Positions 37,071 to 39,526 of a DNA stretch of 39,526 nt are shown in pieces. Position 1 is the stretch's first letter. The number at the start of each line of letters is the position of its first letter. Source of the stretch: Chloroflexota bacterium (GTDB taxonomy: Bacteria > Chloroflexota > Anaerolineae > Anaerolineales > UBA11858); NCBI GenBank assembly GCA_003648195.1, contig QMOK01000003.1:1-39526 (forward strand), in the 5' to 3' direction. The notes below the pieces were generated by a model. That model ran no database searches. It was not told where the DNA came from and worked only from the letters and a program-made list of their open reading frames with translations. The position numbers and the translations under genes were made by a program.

Positions 37071-37101
37071 CCCTCTAGACTGGAAAGTCGGAGGGTTTTT
37101 T
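37071..37101 (+). terminator. Attenuator terminator upstream of proS
   Basis: CCCTCTAGACT-GGAA-AGTCGGAGGG-TTTTTT. Confidence 0.8.
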
Positions 37102-37103
37102 AT

Positions 37104-37144
37104 TTTTAGACTTCCGAAGTCTCCGAGGCTTCGGAAGTCTAAAA
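37104..37144. repeat. REP-like palindrome
   Basis: TTTTAGACTTCCGAAGTCT-CCG-AGGCTTCGGAAGTCTAAAA (19-bp arms, 1 mismatch). Confidence 0.7.
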
Positions 37145-37171
37145 GGTCTGCCGACCAGAGGAGAACGAATT

Positions 37172-38950
37172 ATGCGCATGTCGAAACTTTTTAGCCAAAC
37201 TTTGAGAGAAGCTCCCTCAGATGCAGAAATTACCAGCCATAAATTATTAATCCGTGCCGGATATATCCGCCAATTAGCGGCTGGCATCTTCACCGCCATG
37301 CCCCTGGCAAAGCGATCCCTGACCAAATTAGAGAACATCATGCGCGAGGAGATCAACGCCATCGGCGGACAAGAAATGTCCATGCCCGTTGTGCAGCCTG
37401 CCGAGATATGGAAACAGACCGGGCGCTGGTACAAAATTGGAGCTGAAATGGGACGTCTCAAAGACCGCAATGGCCGAGATATGGCCTTAGCCATGACGCA
37501 CGAGGAAGCGGTATCCGATATTATAAAGAATGAAATCCATTCTTACCGCCAACTGCCCGTTCTCATTTACCATATCCAAACCAAATGGCGCGATGACCCC
37601 CGTCCCCGGGCCGGCCTTATCCGCGTCCGCGAGTTCACCATGAAAGACAGCTACAGTCTCGACAGGGATTGGGATGGCCTCGATAAGCAGTACCGCGCCC
37701 ACTACCAGGCCTACTTTGACATCTTCCATCGCTGCAACCTGCCAGTAATCGCCGTCAAATCCGATGTCGGCATGATGGGCGGGCGTATGGCTCACGAATA
37801 CATGTACTTGACACCCTCTGGCGAAGATACCTTGCTCCTCTGCGATGCGTGCGGATATTCTGCCAACCGCCAAATTGCCGTTTCCCAAAAAGAAAACGCT
37901 CCAGAAGAGGATGCCCGCCCCCTTGAAAAAATAGCCACCCCACACATGAAAACCATTGCTGACTTATCCGAGTTCCTGGAAGTTCCCGCGTCCAAGACCG
38001 CGAAAGTCGTCTTTATGATGGCTACCGTCCTAGAAGACGAGGAAGAGGTTGAAAAACTGGTTTTCGCCATTGTGCGGGGAGACATGGACTTAAACGAAAC
38101 CAAGCTCACCAATGCCATCAAAGCCAAAGAACTTCGTCCGGCAGAAGAGGAGGAGATAGTGGCCGTGGGCGCGGTACCGGGATACGCTTCCCCCATCGGG
38201 CTGGAAAATATCCTGGTCGTGGTCGATGACCTCATCCCTCAATCGCCCAACCTGGCGGCGGGTGCCAACGAAGATGGCTACCATTACATCAATGTCAATT
38301 ATGGCAGAGATTACGAAGCAGACGTTGTCACCGATATTGTCGCCGTGCGAGACGGAGACGCCTGCCCCGAATGTGGCGCTCCCTTACAAGCTGTGCGCGG
38401 CATCGAGGTTGGGAACATTTTCAAGCTAGGAACGTGGTATAGCGAAGCCGTGGGCGCAACTTACCAAGACGAGGATGGCGGGGAAAAACCGATCGTCATG
38501 GGATCCTACGGCATTGGCAGTGGACGTCTCTTGGCCTCCATTGTGGAGGAATACAACGACGAATACGGCATGATACTGCCTATCAGCGTTGCCCCTTACC
38601 AAGTGTATCTTGTCGCCATTGGCGGGAAGGGAGATAAAGGCGCGAAAGCCCTCGCAGTCGCCGAGCAGCTTTATGCGGATTTGCAGGAAGCGGGCGTGGA
38701 AGTCCTTTTCGATGATCGTGACGAAAGCCCCGGCGTAAAATTCAACGACGCCGACCTAATCGGGATTCCCATTCGCCTGACGGTGGGGGCACGCTCCCTG
38801 GCGCAAGGCGGAGTGGAGCTCAAGCGGCGTGACCAAAAAGAACGTGAAACCATTCCTCTCGCGGAGACGGTCACCAAAGTTAAAGGACTCATCACTACCC
38901 TCTACGCCGAAATCGCAGAGCGCATTGTCCCCATGCCCCTTGAAGATTAA
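37172..38950 (+). CDS. proS: Proline--tRNA ligase (bacterial type with INS editing domain)
   Basis: MRMSKLFSQTLREAP, THEE, KWRDDPRPRAGLIRVREFTMKDSYS, GANEDG, IEVGNIFKLG, MGSYGIG. Confidence 0.98.
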   Translation: MRMSKLFSQTLREAPSDAEITSHKLLIRAGYIRQLAAGIFTAMPLAKRSLTKLENIMREEINAIGGQEMSMPVVQPAEIWKQTGRWYKIGAEMGRLKDRNGRDMALAMTHEEAVSDIIKNEIHSYRQLPVLIYHIQTKWRDDPRPRAGLIRVREFTMKDSYSLDRDWDGLDKQYRAHYQAYFDIFHRCNLPVIAVKSDVGMMGGRMAHEYMYLTPSGEDTLLLCDACGYSANRQIAVSQKENAPEEDARPLEKIATPHMKTIADLSEFLEVPASKTAKVVFMMATVLEDEEEVEKLVFAIVRGDMDLNETKLTNAIKAKELRPAEEEEIVAVGAVPGYASPIGLENILVVVDDLIPQSPNLAAGANEDGYHYINVNYGRDYEADVVTDIVAVRDGDACPECGAPLQAVRGIEVGNIFKLGTWYSEAVGATYQDEDGGEKPIVMGSYGIGSGRLLASIVEEYNDEYGMILPISVAPYQVYLVAIGGKGDKGAKALAVAEQLYADLQEAGVEVLFDDRDESPGVKFNDADLIGIPIRLTVGARSLAQGGVELKRRDQKERETIPLAETVTKVKGLITTLYAEIAERIVPMPLED

Positions 38951-38961
38951 TGATTTACCGA

Positions 38962-38992
38962 GTGCGATGCACTTGAAAAAAGTGCATCGCAC
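38962..38992. repeat. REP-like palindrome
   Basis: GTGCGATGCACTT-GAAAA-AAGTGCATCGCAC, perfect 13-bp arms. Confidence 0.7.
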
Positions 38993-39016
38993 CTGATTGC
39001 TTACCCAGATTTTCCT

Positions 39017-39526
39017 ATGACAGAAAAATACAGCATGGACGCCATTGAAAATTTCCGCGATTTTGGGGGATACGTATCTCAAAGCGGAGCGAAATTAAAG
39101 AGCGGAATACTCTTTCGCAGCGGCGCATTAGACGAAGCCACAGACAATGATTTAGAAAAGCTGACCTCCCTTGGCATTCAAACAATTTGTGATTTAAGAA
39201 CTGACCAGGAAAGAAATCGTTGGCCCGACCGTGTGCCAGCCAATTTAGGCATAAAACAAGTTCACATTCCCGTAAGCGGAAGTATGCAAACTGAGGCAAA
39301 TGAACTGTCACGCTTATCTTCTTGGCTATTTGGCAGGGCACGGAAAACTAATTACGCTGAAATTGCCCAAAGAACCTATACCGAATACGTTACCCGTTTT
39401 CAGGCTGAGTTTTCAAAGGTGTTGAAGCTTTTTAGCGATAGCAGCAATTTGCCCATTCTAATTCACTGTACAGCAGGGAAAGACCGCACTGGTTTTTCTT
39501 GCGCGGTGGTACAGTTAATTCTGGGA
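39017..39526 (+). CDS. Protein tyrosine/dual-specificity phosphatase (IphP/PtpB-like), truncated at right edge
   Basis: Hand translation: MTEKYSMDAIENFRDFGGY...LFRSG...DLRT...HCTAGKDRTG (CX5R). Confidence 0.92.
   Translation, partial: MTEKYSMDAIENFRDFGGYVSQSGAKLKSGILFRSGALDEATDNDLEKLTSLGIQTICDLRTDQERNRWPDRVPANLGIKQVHIPVSGSMQTEANELSRLSSWLFGRARKTNYAEIAQRTYTEYVTRFQAEFSKVLKLFSDSSNLPILIHCTAGKDRTGFSCAVVQLILG

Noticed and set aside
36955-37171. T-box riboswitch before proS
   Set aside because: No T-box antiterminator consensus, and the leader is too short for a canonical stem I.

Overview
This is a bacterial chromosomal segment of mostly housekeeping genes. It is probably Chloroflexota (Anaerolineae-like); that is inferred from the Pro/Thr-rich lipoproteins, a SARP-STAND regulator, a GAAC-N4-GTTC LexA box and the palindrome-rich spacers, not from a database search. 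Left to right: a truncated SARP/BTAD-AAA regulator; a co-oriented minus-strand run (purA, lipoprotein, hypothetical, ssb, DUF3467, a Cas4-like nuclease split into two membrane-anchored ORFs, nadK, B-box membrane protein, recN); SDR threonine dehydrogenase; PPi-type PFK; Pit and DUF47; REC-GGDEF; ECF sigma/anti-sigma/bactofilin; SH3 lipoprotein; galE; squalene synthase plus a geranylgeranyl-reductase-family enzyme; a 3xFHA ABC transporter; LysM protein; gatB; GNAT; thiolase; a membrane protein plus lytic transglycosylase behind a LexA box; tRNA-Pro(CGG); YibE/F; rhomboid; proS; a truncated tyrosine phosphatase. No CRISPR array, transposase or integrase was seen. Top candidates for new biology: (1) the split, membrane-tethered solo Cas4, (2) the putative SOS membrane protein/lytic transglycosylase operon, (3) a Pro-codon leader-peptide attenuator before proS, (4) the squalene synthase/reductase pair, (5) four MITE families with 8-bp target duplications. 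All calls were made by eye from motifs.
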